This document shows, piece by piece, positions 18,366-27,342 of a DNA stretch of 32,000 bases. The first letter of the stretch is position 1; every line of letters begins with the position of its first letter. The position numbers and the translations under genes are program-made. The stretch spans positions 1 to 32,000 of the forward strand of contig CAZYLT010000013.1 in NCBI GenBank assembly GCA_964648855.1, given 5' to 3'. The notes under the pieces were generated by a model. The model had not been told where the DNA came from. It was given only the letters and a program-made list of their open reading frames with translations, and ran no database searches. The DNA is from an uncultured archaeon. GTDB lineage: Archaea; Asgardarchaeota; Thorarchaeia; Thorarchaeales; Thorarchaeaceae.

Positions 18366-18567
18366 TCAATTTCTCACTCCAAAACAATGTTTGGTACAAA
18401 TCAACTACACACGAATTGTCCTATAAGTACTTTGCGGAAATTTCGGAAAAGCATCATGTATCCTGAATGGATAACATATAAGGGCGATGTCTGTTGAAAT
18501 ATAAACAAAAAATCATATATAGGTGCGTTGTCTTGCCGTGATGTCAGTCTAGACAGACAAGGAGCAA

Positions 18568-19428
18568 GTGACAATGATAAATCTAGAAGTGCTATTCAGT
18601 GGAATAATGTTGGGCAGCTTGTACGGCCTGATGAGTAGCGGATACTCGCTTATCTATGGAGTAGGCAAGGTTTCAAATCTCGCATATGGACATCTCGTTA
18701 TTGCAAGTATATTCGTATCCTATCTCACCGTGGTCACTTTAGAGTTGAGCATACTTTTGGCCGCACCATTGGCGATAGCAGCGGCTATAGTCATCAGTCT
18801 AATCACAATGTTCTTTCTCGAAAGAGTTTCTCATGATGATCAGCGCGTGATATTTCTCTCTCTTGGGATTGCAATCATCATTGAGAATCTCCTTTTGGCC
18901 TATTTTGGTGGGTTGTATAGATTTGCTCCCACCCCCATCGCAGGTTTGATTGAAATAGGCGACGTTCGACTCCAGACATATCGTGTCGTTGTTTTCGCCA
19001 TTACGATAGCACTCTTTGTAATTACTTCCCTGCTTGTCAATAGAACGAGTGCAGGAAGATCAATGCGTGCAGTTTCAGAGAACGAAGACGCATCTTGGTT
19101 GATGGGAATTGATGTGAAGAGAATCAAGCTCTTGACTGCAGGAGTAGCTGGAGTATTAGCAGGATTGTCGGCCTTGCTTCTTCTTCCTATATACTCAATA
19201 TATCCGGCTGTCGGATGGGAGTATCTGTTGATAGGATTCGCGATTGTCATTCTAGGAGGATTAGGAAGCCTCAACGGCACACTACTTGGAGGAGTGATTC
19301 TAGGAACCGCCGAATCACTATTTGGCTATTATATTTCCTCTGGACTTAGAGGAGCACTCTACTTCGTCGTCATAATAATAGTGCTCTTAGTGAGACCATC
19401 GGGCCTATTAGGCAAAAGCGAGGATTGA
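18568..19428 (+). CDS. livH: HAAT ABC permease LivH
   Basis: GYSLIYGVGKVSNLAYG, GRSMRAVSENEDASWLMGID and ILGGLGSLNG. Confidence 0.92.
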   Translation: MTMINLEVLFSGIMLGSLYGLMSSGYSLIYGVGKVSNLAYGHLVIASIFVSYLTVVTLELSILLAAPLAIAAAIVISLITMFFLERVSHDDQRVIFLSLGIAIIIENLLLAYFGGLYRFAPTPIAGLIEIGDVRLQTYRVVVFAITIALFVITSLLVNRTSAGRSMRAVSENEDASWLMGIDVKRIKLLTAGVAGVLAGLSALLLLPIYSIYPAVGWEYLLIGFAIVILGGLGSLNGTLLGGVILGTAESLFGYYISSGLRGALYFVVIIIVLLVRPSGLLGKSED

Positions 19429-19434
19429 TAAAAG

Positions 19435-20553
19435 ATGTCTAGTGATAATTCATTCAAATCGGAAGTACTGACGTTTCTAAGAGACATTCCCTCAAATATT
19501 GCAGGCACAGTTCGGATGGCTTTTAGTCCGTCGTTTTTTAGAGAACACAAAGTGCAGATAATCATCCTCCTGATACTTTGCCTATATCCAATAATTCCAG
19601 GGCTCGCTGGCTTGGATTATCTAATTCATATTGCGGTCATTGCCAATATATTTGCAATGATAGCATTGGCCTGGGACCTTAATGGTGGGTATACAGGCCA
19701 AGGTAATCTTGCAGCAGGCTTCTTTGCAGGAATCTGTGGTTATACCTCTGCAATCCTCACCACTCAGGCGGGATGGCCAATACTACCAAGCCTCCTTCTC
19801 GGAATATTTTTCTCCTTTATCTCAGCTGTTGGTATTGGCTTCCCGTCACTTCGAATGAAGGGACCATATTTGGTAATCGTAACTTTCGCAGTTGCTGAGG
19901 TCGCCAGGAAACTAACCATATACTTCTCAGACGTGACACAAGGAGAAGAAGGAATCGGCGGAGTCCCCCGAATCTTCGTCGGAGCCTTTGCCAATTTCTA
20001 TTGGACACTCTTTGTTCTCGTCATCGTTTTTATCATCGCGCACAAGATAATCCAATCCAAATGGGGACTTGCCTTCAAAGCGATAGCAAAAGATGAAACA
20101 AGAGCAAAGACACTCGGAGTCAACGTGACCAACTATAAGATTCTCAGCTTCAGTCTATGTGGCATCTTCGCCGGCTTGGCTGGGGGACTATTTGCCCACT
20201 ATCAAGCGCACATCGATCCGCACTTCTTTTCAATAATTTTAGCGATATCAGTCATCTCCATGGCGATTATAGGAGGAGAAAAGACATTGATAGGGCCCAT
20301 TATTGGCGCCTACCTCCTTCAGTTTTTGACAGAAGGGCTGAGATTTGTGACGGGCGGCGCGCCTTGGGTCAGGCAGGGAATTCACGGGCTCCTGTTGGTT
20401 GTAGTGATGCTCTTCTTGCCTGGCGGTATATTAAGCCTCATCCGAGGTACTGAAGACGGCGTAGAAGAATCCGGCGTCAACAAGTTCAGAAGAAAAGTAC
20501 GCAGTATATTCTATATTGAAGAAGAGGAAGAGGCTCAGGAAGAAGAGGAATGA
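19435..20553 (+). CDS. livM: HAAT ABC permease LivM
   Basis: GYTGQGNL, LRMKGPYLVIVT, GLAFKAIAKDE and IIGGEKTLIGPIIG; acidic C-terminal tail. Confidence 0.92.
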   Translation: MSSDNSFKSEVLTFLRDIPSNIAGTVRMAFSPSFFREHKVQIIILLILCLYPIIPGLAGLDYLIHIAVIANIFAMIALAWDLNGGYTGQGNLAAGFFAGICGYTSAILTTQAGWPILPSLLLGIFFSFISAVGIGFPSLRMKGPYLVIVTFAVAEVARKLTIYFSDVTQGEEGIGGVPRIFVGAFANFYWTLFVLVIVFIIAHKIIQSKWGLAFKAIAKDETRAKTLGVNVTNYKILSFSLCGIFAGLAGGLFAHYQAHIDPHFFSIILAISVISMAIIGGEKTLIGPIIGAYLLQFLTEGLRFVTGGAPWVRQGIHGLLLVVVMLFLPGGILSLIRGTEDGVEESGVNKFRRKVRSIFYIEEEEEAQEEEE

Positions 20554-20580
20554 GCCCTCTTCCCTCATTCTTTATTTTTC
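20548..20580 (+). terminator. Hairpin plus T-rich terminator after livM
   Basis: GAATGAG (20548-54) / CTCATTC (20564-70), then TTTATTTTTC. Confidence 0.5.
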
Positions 20581-20732
20581 CCGCTCTAGAAGTAGAATTT
20601 CAATAGCGGTAAATCTCTTGTAGGATATCCTCAAGAATCAAAATCCCCCTGAGCGATAGTCCCTAGTTCTACTATATATCAGGCGATTTCTACGACTGCT
20701 CGTCAGGTGTTTGGCCTATTAGTCAGCGAAAT

Positions 20733-22700
20733 CTAAGACATAGACTTAACATCTTCTGCCAGTTTGTCTAGCCCCAGTCCTTTGAGACTTTTCGGTGTTG
20801 GCTGTCCGGATTCAATATCCCATCCTCTGATCTCATAGTATTCATCAAGCAAAGTATTTAGCTTCTCAGGAGTTACGAGTGCCTCTTCAGTATTTCTTGG
20901 CTCGTAAGGCATCACATCTTCCATGAAACGATCAGGAACTCTGTCCAACTCCCGATGACCAAGTCCATATCGCATATTGAACACCTTCTCAGTATTATAT
21001 ATGCGGGCACCAATTCTGAGGAGTTCAACTCCATCTAGAGGAATACCCGTTGCTGCATTCAGTATCCTAGCGAGTTTATCTGGCTTGCCAGAAGGCCCAA
21101 CAAAATAGGAATGCGTCATGAGAATAAGTGAAGGCGTCTTGCATATTCCAATTGAGTCAATAACAGCACCAAGGTCCTCACAAAGTTTGACAAAGAAGGG
21201 TTTGCCTTTTATGGACCATTCATCAGTCGCTTCTTTTGGAACGCCAAATAGTTTGGTGGCCTGATCCTGGTAAGTCTTGAGCGATGCAACATAGATGAGG
21301 CTTCTTAGGTGGTCGGCGCCACGCGTAGAGGTCGAATATGCCAATGCCCATCCAAAGGAGCCACGTGGGTCCACTGCTGTCCAGGGAAGTTTCTTGGTGT
21401 GAATGACATATTTCATGGACCCCCTGCCTATCTTCTCTGCAGCTGCATAAGACCCATCAGCGATTACATCACCAAATCCTTCGCGATATGCCATCTTCTT
21501 GACCATTTCAACAGCGGCTTCATCGTTTCCCCAGTTGAGCTTCACACCACCAGTATCCTCATCTGTGATGATACCACGCTCATAACACTCCATCGCCCAT
21601 GCAATAGTTGCCCCTGCAGTACAGACATCTATTCCCAAGTCATTGCAGAGGGCATTCATATGTAACATAGCTTCCATATCGTAGACTCCAAGGTTGGAGC
21701 CCAGATGGGTCTGAGCCTCGTATTCAGGGCCTTCACTAAGAGTTCCTGCATATGGTCCATCCTCGATGGCATATACCCTACTGCAGGAAATCGGGCAGTT
21801 GAAGCACCCCTTGTTCTTTATACTGTATTCTTCAAAGAGCCGCTCTCCACTGAGTTCCCACGCATCTTCTTCATCGAGAACATTTTCAGACCAATTCTTT
21901 ATTGCTAATCTTCCGGATTTACTGACTGCTCTGAGGAGTAGTGTAGTACCAAGGGTTGCCCATACTTCGTATAATGGATGGTCAAGGATTTCGTTTGTTG
22001 CTTCCTCAGCAAGTGTCAGGAATTCGTCTGGCTTGGCCATCTGCAGCCCTTGTGTTCCTACCACACCAATTCCTTTGAGGTTCTTAGTTCCCATGACTGC
22101 AGCGATTCCCGTTCTTCCTGCTGCACGGGTCATATCTGACATGACTGCAGCGCCCTGTACCAGATTCTCTCCAGCAGGGCCAATCGCAGCAACCTTTGCC
22201 TCCTCTTCATCCATCTCTTCCCGGATCATTTGCGTTGTTTCTACGATGCGCTGACCCCACAGATCCTTCGCACTTCTTAGCTCTGTCTCACCGTCATTTA
22301 CCCATAGCCAGACAGGCTCGGGAGATTTTCCATGGAAAATAATATGATCAAATCCGCTCCATTTCAATTCAGCCGCCCAATGACCTCCAGCATTGGAATC
22401 ACCGATCAGGCCAGTCATTGGGGATCTGGATGATACATTCCATCTGCCAGAACTTGGAGCCAGTGTTCCCACAAGTGGACCTGCACCAAATACAACAAGA
22501 TTTTCAGGATCATATGCCTCGGTAGAGGGGGTTAGTTCGTCATACAGAATGCGTATGTTGGTACCCCGTCCTCCAAGGTATCCTTTCATCATCTCTCTTG
22601 GATGATCTTCAATCACAATTTTCCCCTTTGTAAGGTCAACTCGGATTATTTTTCCAGTGAACCCATAGACATCCTTGGTCATAGTATTTCCTCTGAGCAT
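20733..22700 (-). CDS. aor: Tungsten-dependent aldehyde:ferredoxin oxidoreductase (AOR/WOR family)
   Basis: AIGPAGEN, AAGRTGIAAVMGTKNLKGI, CFNCPISC, GPEYE, DLGID, RGADH, DSIGIC and YYEIRGWD. Probable start ATG 22682 after AGAGGA. Confidence 0.95.
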   Translation of the reverse strand: MLRGNTMTKDVYGFTGKIIRVDLTKGKIVIEDHPREMMKGYLGGRGTNIRILYDELTPSTEAYDPENLVVFGAGPLVGTLAPSSGRWNVSSRSPMTGLIGDSNAGGHWAAELKWSGFDHIIFHGKSPEPVWLWVNDGETELRSAKDLWGQRIVETTQMIREEMDEEEAKVAAIGPAGENLVQGAAVMSDMTRAAGRTGIAAVMGTKNLKGIGVVGTQGLQMAKPDEFLTLAEEATNEILDHPLYEVWATLGTTLLLRAVSKSGRLAIKNWSENVLDEEDAWELSGERLFEEYSIKNKGCFNCPISCSRVYAIEDGPYAGTLSEGPEYEAQTHLGSNLGVYDMEAMLHMNALCNDLGIDVCTAGATIAWAMECYERGIITDEDTGGVKLNWGNDEAAVEMVKKMAYREGFGDVIADGSYAAAEKIGRGSMKYVIHTKKLPWTAVDPRGSFGWALAYSTSTRGADHLRSLIYVASLKTYQDQATKLFGVPKEATDEWSIKGKPFFVKLCEDLGAVIDSIGICKTPSLILMTHSYFVGPSGKPDKLARILNAATGIPLDGVELLRIGARIYNTEKVFNMRYGLGHRELDRVPDRFMEDVMPYEPRNTEEALVTPEKLNTLLDEYYEIRGWDIESGQPTPKSLKGLGLDKLAEDVKSMS

Positions 22701-22703
22701 TTT

Positions 22704-22738
22704 CCACTAAAGTGGTACATCTTACGAAATAATCGTAA
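22704..22738. promoter_or_regulatory. Palindromes in the aor / MoaD-like divergent promoter
   Basis: CCACT-AA-AGTGG (22704-15) and TTACGA-AATAA-TCGTAA (22722-38). Confidence 0.5.
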
Positions 22739-22819
22739 ATAGTTGTACCGTTTTAAATCCTAGCACCCTAATTTCGAAAGAGATATAAAATACTTCCTTT
22801 CTGACTATCAAAGCTGAAG

Positions 22820-23140
22820 ATGTTAATTACCATGGCAAGAAAAACAGCCAATGTCAAGTTTATCCATCCGTTCATTCGCTATAACAGAGAATTCGAGTGT
22901 GATGATGACACAACCCTGAACGAACTGATGGAAACGACCATGCAGGACACCAAGGCACATGGAAGATATACTAGTAGAGCTGGTAGACATATTGATAGAC
23001 TGATGGGATGTGTAGTGATGCATACAGGAGATCAGATTGGCTACTTCGATGATTCTGGCTTTGTGTTAATTAACGATGAATGTGAAACGGTCCATGATTC
23101 GGACGAGTTTATCATAACGATAGCAACCCCACGAGGCTGA
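22820..23140 (+). CDS. Putative MoaD/ThiS/ubiquitin-like beta-grasp protein ending PRG
   Basis: NVKFIHPF...EFECDDDTTLNELM...ETVHDSDEFIITIATPRG parallels MoaD (VKF...TVxEL...LKDGDEVxIxPPxxGG). Adjacent to aor. Probable start 22832. Confidence 0.55.
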   Translation: MLITMARKTANVKFIHPFIRYNREFECDDDTTLNELMETTMQDTKAHGRYTSRAGRHIDRLMGCVVMHTGDQIGYFDDSGFVLINDECETVHDSDEFIITIATPRG

Positions 23141-23143
23141 ACT

Positions 23144-23893
23144 ATGCAGAAATCAAACATCATTTTAGAATGTAGAGGCTTATCAAAAAACTTTGGCGGT
23201 CTTGAAGCTGTTAGTGATCTCGATTTTGAGATTCACGAGAAAGAAGTGTTGGGGCTAATCGGGCCCAATGGTGCTGGCAAGACAACCGTGTTTAATCTTC
23301 TGACAGGCGTCTTAAAGGCAGACAAAGGAGAGGTCCACTATAATGGTAGTGACCTCCTGCAATTGCCCGCACACAAGATTACTGAGCTTGGAATGGCTCG
23401 AACTTTCCAGTTGATACGAAGCTTCGAAGATATGAGTGTCTTGGATAATGTGATGATTGGAGGACTTTTTGGTCGGAAGAAAAGCCATGAAAGAGCACAT
23501 GAAGATGGAATGCGATACCTAGAATTCGTGAACATGGCTGATCATGTGGACAAGAAGGTCAAGAACCTCACTCCATATGATAGGAAGAGAACAGAATTGG
23601 CTTCGGTACTGAATACTGAACCCAAACTGATCCTTTTGGACGAATTTGTGGCAGGTTTGAATGATTCAGAACTTGACAGTGCAATCACTTTGACCAGAAG
23701 AATCAGGGACGATCTTGGCAAGACCCTATTCTGGATAGAACATGTGATGAAGGCAATCATGAATGTTGCTGAGCGAATAATTGTGATTGACTATGGAAAG
23801 AAGATAGCTGAGGGTCCTCCAAAGGAGATATCCCAAAACCAAGATGTCATTGCAGCATATCTTGGAAAGGAGTTTGGAAAGGAGCGTGAATAA
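23144..23893 (+). CDS. livG: HAAT ABC ATPase LivG
   Basis: Walker A GPNGAGKTT, MARTFQ, LILLDE, IEH and VIAAYLG. Confidence 0.93.
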   Translation: MQKSNIILECRGLSKNFGGLEAVSDLDFEIHEKEVLGLIGPNGAGKTTVFNLLTGVLKADKGEVHYNGSDLLQLPAHKITELGMARTFQLIRSFEDMSVLDNVMIGGLFGRKKSHERAHEDGMRYLEFVNMADHVDKKVKNLTPYDRKRTELASVLNTEPKLILLDEFVAGLNDSELDSAITLTRRIRDDLGKTLFWIEHVMKAIMNVAERIIVIDYGKKIAEGPPKEISQNQDVIAAYLGKEFGKERE

Positions 23894-24599
23894 TCTGCTG
23901 AAAGTAAACAACATAGACGTATATTATGGTTCGATTCAGGCACTTAGAGATATTTCTCTAAGCGTTGCCGAGAACGAACGTGTATCGATAATTGGACCTA
24001 ATGCAGCTGGGAAGAGTACTATCTTCAAGACTATTGCAGGTCTTCTAAAACCCAGAAAGGGGACAATAGAGCTCAGTGGTGAAAGAATAGATGCTATGAA
24101 GCCTAGTAATATACTGAAGAAAGGTCTTGCCCTTGTACCGGAGGGTCGAATGATATTTTCTGGTATGAAGGTAGTTGAGAACCTAGAGCTGGGGGCTCAT
24201 ATCCATGGCGGAGCATCTAATGTTGAGGACATGCTACACTGGGTGTATGACCTATTTCCCATTCTAGAGGAGAGAAAAAACCAGCGTGGGGGATCTCTTA
24301 GTGGCGGTGAACAACAGATGTTAGCCATTGGTAGGGCCTTAATGTCGAAGCCTTCACTTCTGTTATTGGACGAACCTTCGCAAGGGTTGGCACCCATCAT
24401 CGTTGAGAATGTTTTCAAAGCTCTAGACGAGATAAGAAAGACCGGAACCTCCATTCTAATTTCCGAACAGAATGTCCATTTGGCACTTGAATTCTGTGAT
24501 AGAGGGTATATTCTCGAAAATGGAAGAATAAAGATGGAAGACGCCGCATGCGACCTCATAGAAGATGAGTACGTTAGAGAAGCATACTTAGGAATATGA
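23886..24599 (+). CDS. livF: HAAT ABC ATPase LivF
   Basis: GPNAAGKST, VPEGRMIF, LSGGEQQMLAIGRALM and LLLDEPS. GTG start at 23886 overlaps the livG end; the track start 23844 is probably too long. Confidence 0.93.
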   Translation: MNNLLKVNNIDVYYGSIQALRDISLSVAENERVSIIGPNAAGKSTIFKTIAGLLKPRKGTIELSGERIDAMKPSNILKKGLALVPEGRMIFSGMKVVENLELGAHIHGGASNVEDMLHWVYDLFPILEERKNQRGGSLSGGEQQMLAIGRALMSKPSLLLLDEPSQGLAPIIVENVFKALDEIRKTGTSILISEQNVHLALEFCDRGYILENGRIKMEDAACDLIEDEYVREAYLGI

Positions 24600-24611
24600 G
24601 CGTGATAGACA

Positions 24612-25832
24612 ATGATGTTTGCAGCTGAAAGAGAACTTCATGATAGAATTTACCCGGAATTTCCGGCTTCGGAATATGAAGCAAGGAATAAGAAAGCAAA
24701 GGCAAGAATGAAAGAGGTAGGCCTAGACGCCATCTTGGTTGCCGAAGGCAAAAACGTGGAATACTTCACGGGATGCATGACAACCATTGGACCGCGAGTT
24801 GGAATCATTCCAGCTGAGGGAGAACCCCTTCTTTTGATTCCCGCTTATCTTAGTGGAACAGCCGAGAAAACGTCCTGGGCCCGCAATATCCGCCGTTATG
24901 CAGAGGCGCACTTGAAGAAGGATACCATGGGATTTGCGAATTATATCATAGACTCCCTTGGTAAGATGGGGCTAAGCAATGCAAAGATAGGGCTGGAATA
25001 TCCAGAAGACCAGCAATTCATGGATAGTGGATTACATTTCACAGAGTTTGAGTATCTTAGGAAAAAGGCAGCTGACGTAGAATTCGTAAGTGGTTCGGAT
25101 GTAATATGGACATGTAGAACTGTCAAGTCTGACTTGGAAATTGACCGGCTTGAGAAGGCGGCCACCATTGCCATGAAAGGGTACAATACTGCACGCGAAC
25201 AAGTGAAAAAAGGTATGACCGAAATTGAGATAGCAGAGATTTACCGGTCCACTTTCGTAGAAGCACAAGCTAAGCTAGGGCACAATACAAGCGAGCTTGG
25301 TTACATGAATATTCGTGCCGGACCAGAACGATACGCCATGGCAGATACCTTCAACCAAGATCGAAAGATAGGTAACGATGAAACATTAGTCATGAACTGT
25401 GGAGCTTGGTTCCGTAGATACTATTCTAATTTCTCAAGATATGCCTTTGTCGGTAAACCCTCAAAGAAACGGGTAAAGGCACATGAAGCAGTGGTAGAAT
25501 CAATCCAAGCCTTTTCTGACCATCTTGCCCCTGGAGAGAGAGCTGGTGATGTACATGAAAAAGCGATTGCCCCACTCAAGAAGAGTGGTACCGGAGAGAC
25601 CTTCGATCATACCGGTATAGGTGTGGGTCTCTACATCCATGAACCACCATATGTTGGGGCAAATAGAGAGGAAATACTTGAGCCAGGAAACATCTTCAGT
25701 TTCCAGTCATGGGTATATGATGTGGGAGAGGGAGGAATGGGGGTTCTTGGATACGAGCACGAATTTCTGGTGACTGATAAGGGATCAAGACCCATAGTTC
25801 CTCTAGAAGACGAATTGTTGTGGATTATCTAG
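24612..25832 (+). CDS. M24 (creatinase/Xaa-Pro peptidase) family hydrolase with non-canonical metal site
   Basis: Creatinase-N region (FPASEYEAR...NVEYFTG), VKSDLEID, GMTEIEI, GVGLYIHEPP and LEPGNIF. Confidence 0.85.
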   Translation: MMFAAERELHDRIYPEFPASEYEARNKKAKARMKEVGLDAILVAEGKNVEYFTGCMTTIGPRVGIIPAEGEPLLLIPAYLSGTAEKTSWARNIRRYAEAHLKKDTMGFANYIIDSLGKMGLSNAKIGLEYPEDQQFMDSGLHFTEFEYLRKKAADVEFVSGSDVIWTCRTVKSDLEIDRLEKAATIAMKGYNTAREQVKKGMTEIEIAEIYRSTFVEAQAKLGHNTSELGYMNIRAGPERYAMADTFNQDRKIGNDETLVMNCGAWFRRYYSNFSRYAFVGKPSKKRVKAHEAVVESIQAFSDHLAPGERAGDVHEKAIAPLKKSGTGETFDHTGIGVGLYIHEPPYVGANREEILEPGNIFSFQSWVYDVGEGGMGVLGYEHEFLVTDKGSRPIVPLEDELLWII

Positions 25833-25872
25833 TGCGAGATTTGTGGATGATATAACCAAAGGAGAAAAGGAA

Positions 25873-26292
25873 ATGAAGGAAATCACTCTAGGCTTCAAGA
25901 ATCACGACGGAGAAGCCACAGCTGTTCTTCTGGAAAAGCAGGCACAAATGACTTGTGATACATTTTGGAAAGAGCTGCCGATTGAGCACGAGGCAGTACA
26001 CTCATCCTGGTCAGGTGAATGCATCTTGGTAGTACCCTGCGGTGTTGAAATTCCTGAGGAGAGTAGAGGTGAAAATGAAACGATATTTGTGGGCCCTGGA
26101 GAGATTGCCCTCTTCACGCCAGTACAGGAACTCTTGGTTTTCTATGGGAGAGGTCAGCCTCGATGGAGGAGTGGTCCCACACCATCCACAGTATTTGCCC
26201 GAATCACTGAGGGCCTGCAGGATTTAGCCTCCATTTGCCAGACAATGCCAAAGGAAGGATCAAAGACCATAGTTATCAGAAGGAAGGAATAA
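25873..26292 (+). CDS. DUF3830 family (cyclophilin-like fold) protein
   Basis: LLEKQAQMTCDTFWKELP, HSSWSGE, ENETIFVGPGEI and ELLVFYG. ATG 25873 follows GGAG/AAGG. Confidence 0.8.
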   Translation: MKEITLGFKNHDGEATAVLLEKQAQMTCDTFWKELPIEHEAVHSSWSGECILVVPCGVEIPEESRGENETIFVGPGEIALFTPVQELLVFYGRGQPRWRSGPTPSTVFARITEGLQDLASICQTMPKEGSKTIVIRRKE

Positions 26293-27244
26293 TCTCCTTT
26301 TCGAATGTTTTGATCATATCCATGCAATCAGAGGCTCGTTTTGGTGATAATGCCACGAGTTCATCAACTTCTGAGTCTATCGCAGCAATTTGCTCCTTGC
26401 AACTGTCTATGTCACCCGCAATGGCAAAATCCGTGACCAATCGGTCTGGCACAAGCTTGGGAGCTTTTGATCTGTCAATGTTCAGCATCTCACGGATTTT
26501 TTGTGCTGCTTCGGTCGCGTCAATCATATCCAGTGCCCAATTAGGAGTGGTTGGGATGAGTAGGGCTACCGTGGGTTTGACTGACTCATAGTTACCATCC
26601 TCTGAGATGCCAACAGGGAGGAATTCAATAACCTCGAAATCAGACCTACCGGATTTGTCCATACCTTCTTGCACTTTGTCGAGATATGTAGATAACGCGG
26701 CAATTGGGGGATTAAGAATAATACCGTCAGCATATTCCCCAGCCAGCTTGGAGAGTGTTGGACCTCTAGTCCCGATGTATATTGGAATATCATATTTATC
26801 GAATAGCTGAGTATTCCTGAGGCTCACAACTTTTCCTTCATAGTCTACCTTTTCTCCATTGAAAAATTTCCGGAGTATCTTAATGGATTCTCTCAACGCG
26901 GTGACTGGTTTATTCCACATCTCTATTTCGAGTGGTTTTAGCGGCAATGTTCCACCTGCCCCGATACCAAGAACAAATCTCTCGCCAAGCAGCTCTGCCA
27001 TAGAGGCATACATGACAGCTGTGATACCAACGTGACGTGAGTACGGATTTGCCACACCACAACCAAGCCTAATGTACTCCGTATTTAACCCAATAGCTGT
27101 CATTGAAACAAATGGATCTCGCCATTGAGCTGCCGGTACGTGGTCAGCAATCCATACGGTGTTGAAGCCGGCGTCTTCGGCTGCTTTCGCGATTCTCACA
27201 ATATCCTTCATATTTTGACTTCCAATCTCAATTCCGAATTTCAT
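26276..27244 (-). CDS. LLM-class, probably F420-dependent, oxidoreductase (Mer-like)
   Basis: MKFGIEI, AEDAGFNTVWIADH, IRLGCGVANPYSRH, FVLGIGAG and IPIYIGTRGP...AGEYADG. Confidence 0.88.
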   Translation of the reverse strand: MKFGIEIGSQNMKDIVRIAKAAEDAGFNTVWIADHVPAAQWRDPFVSMTAIGLNTEYIRLGCGVANPYSRHVGITAVMYASMAELLGERFVLGIGAGGTLPLKPLEIEMWNKPVTALRESIKILRKFFNGEKVDYEGKVVSLRNTQLFDKYDIPIYIGTRGPTLSKLAGEYADGIILNPPIAALSTYLDKVQEGMDKSGRSDFEVIEFLPVGISEDGNYESVKPTVALLIPTTPNWALDMIDATEAAQKIREMLNIDRSKAPKLVPDRLVTDFAIAGDIDSCKEQIAAIDSEVDELVALSPKRASDCMDMIKTFEKEIIPSF

Positions 27245-27342
27245 TCGAAAAACTCCATTTGTTTCTGTATGATTATGAATACTCTTTGACTCATCTTGTG
27301 TTTACCATAACTCATATATTATTCCATTGTTTCCATTACAAC

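Noticed and set aside
20518-20550. GAA-rich repeat
   Set aside because: It simply encodes the acidic LivM tail (EEEEEAQEEEE).
20581-20732. Several short hairpins between livM and aor as a possible ncRNA
   Set aside because: Stems are short and imperfect, match no RNA family I recognise, and are explainable as convergent terminators or chance.
27235-27247. Palindrome CGAAT-TTC-ATTCG at the LLM start codon
   Set aside because: It lies mostly inside coding sequence and its spacing differs from the other candidate operators, so it is likely chance.
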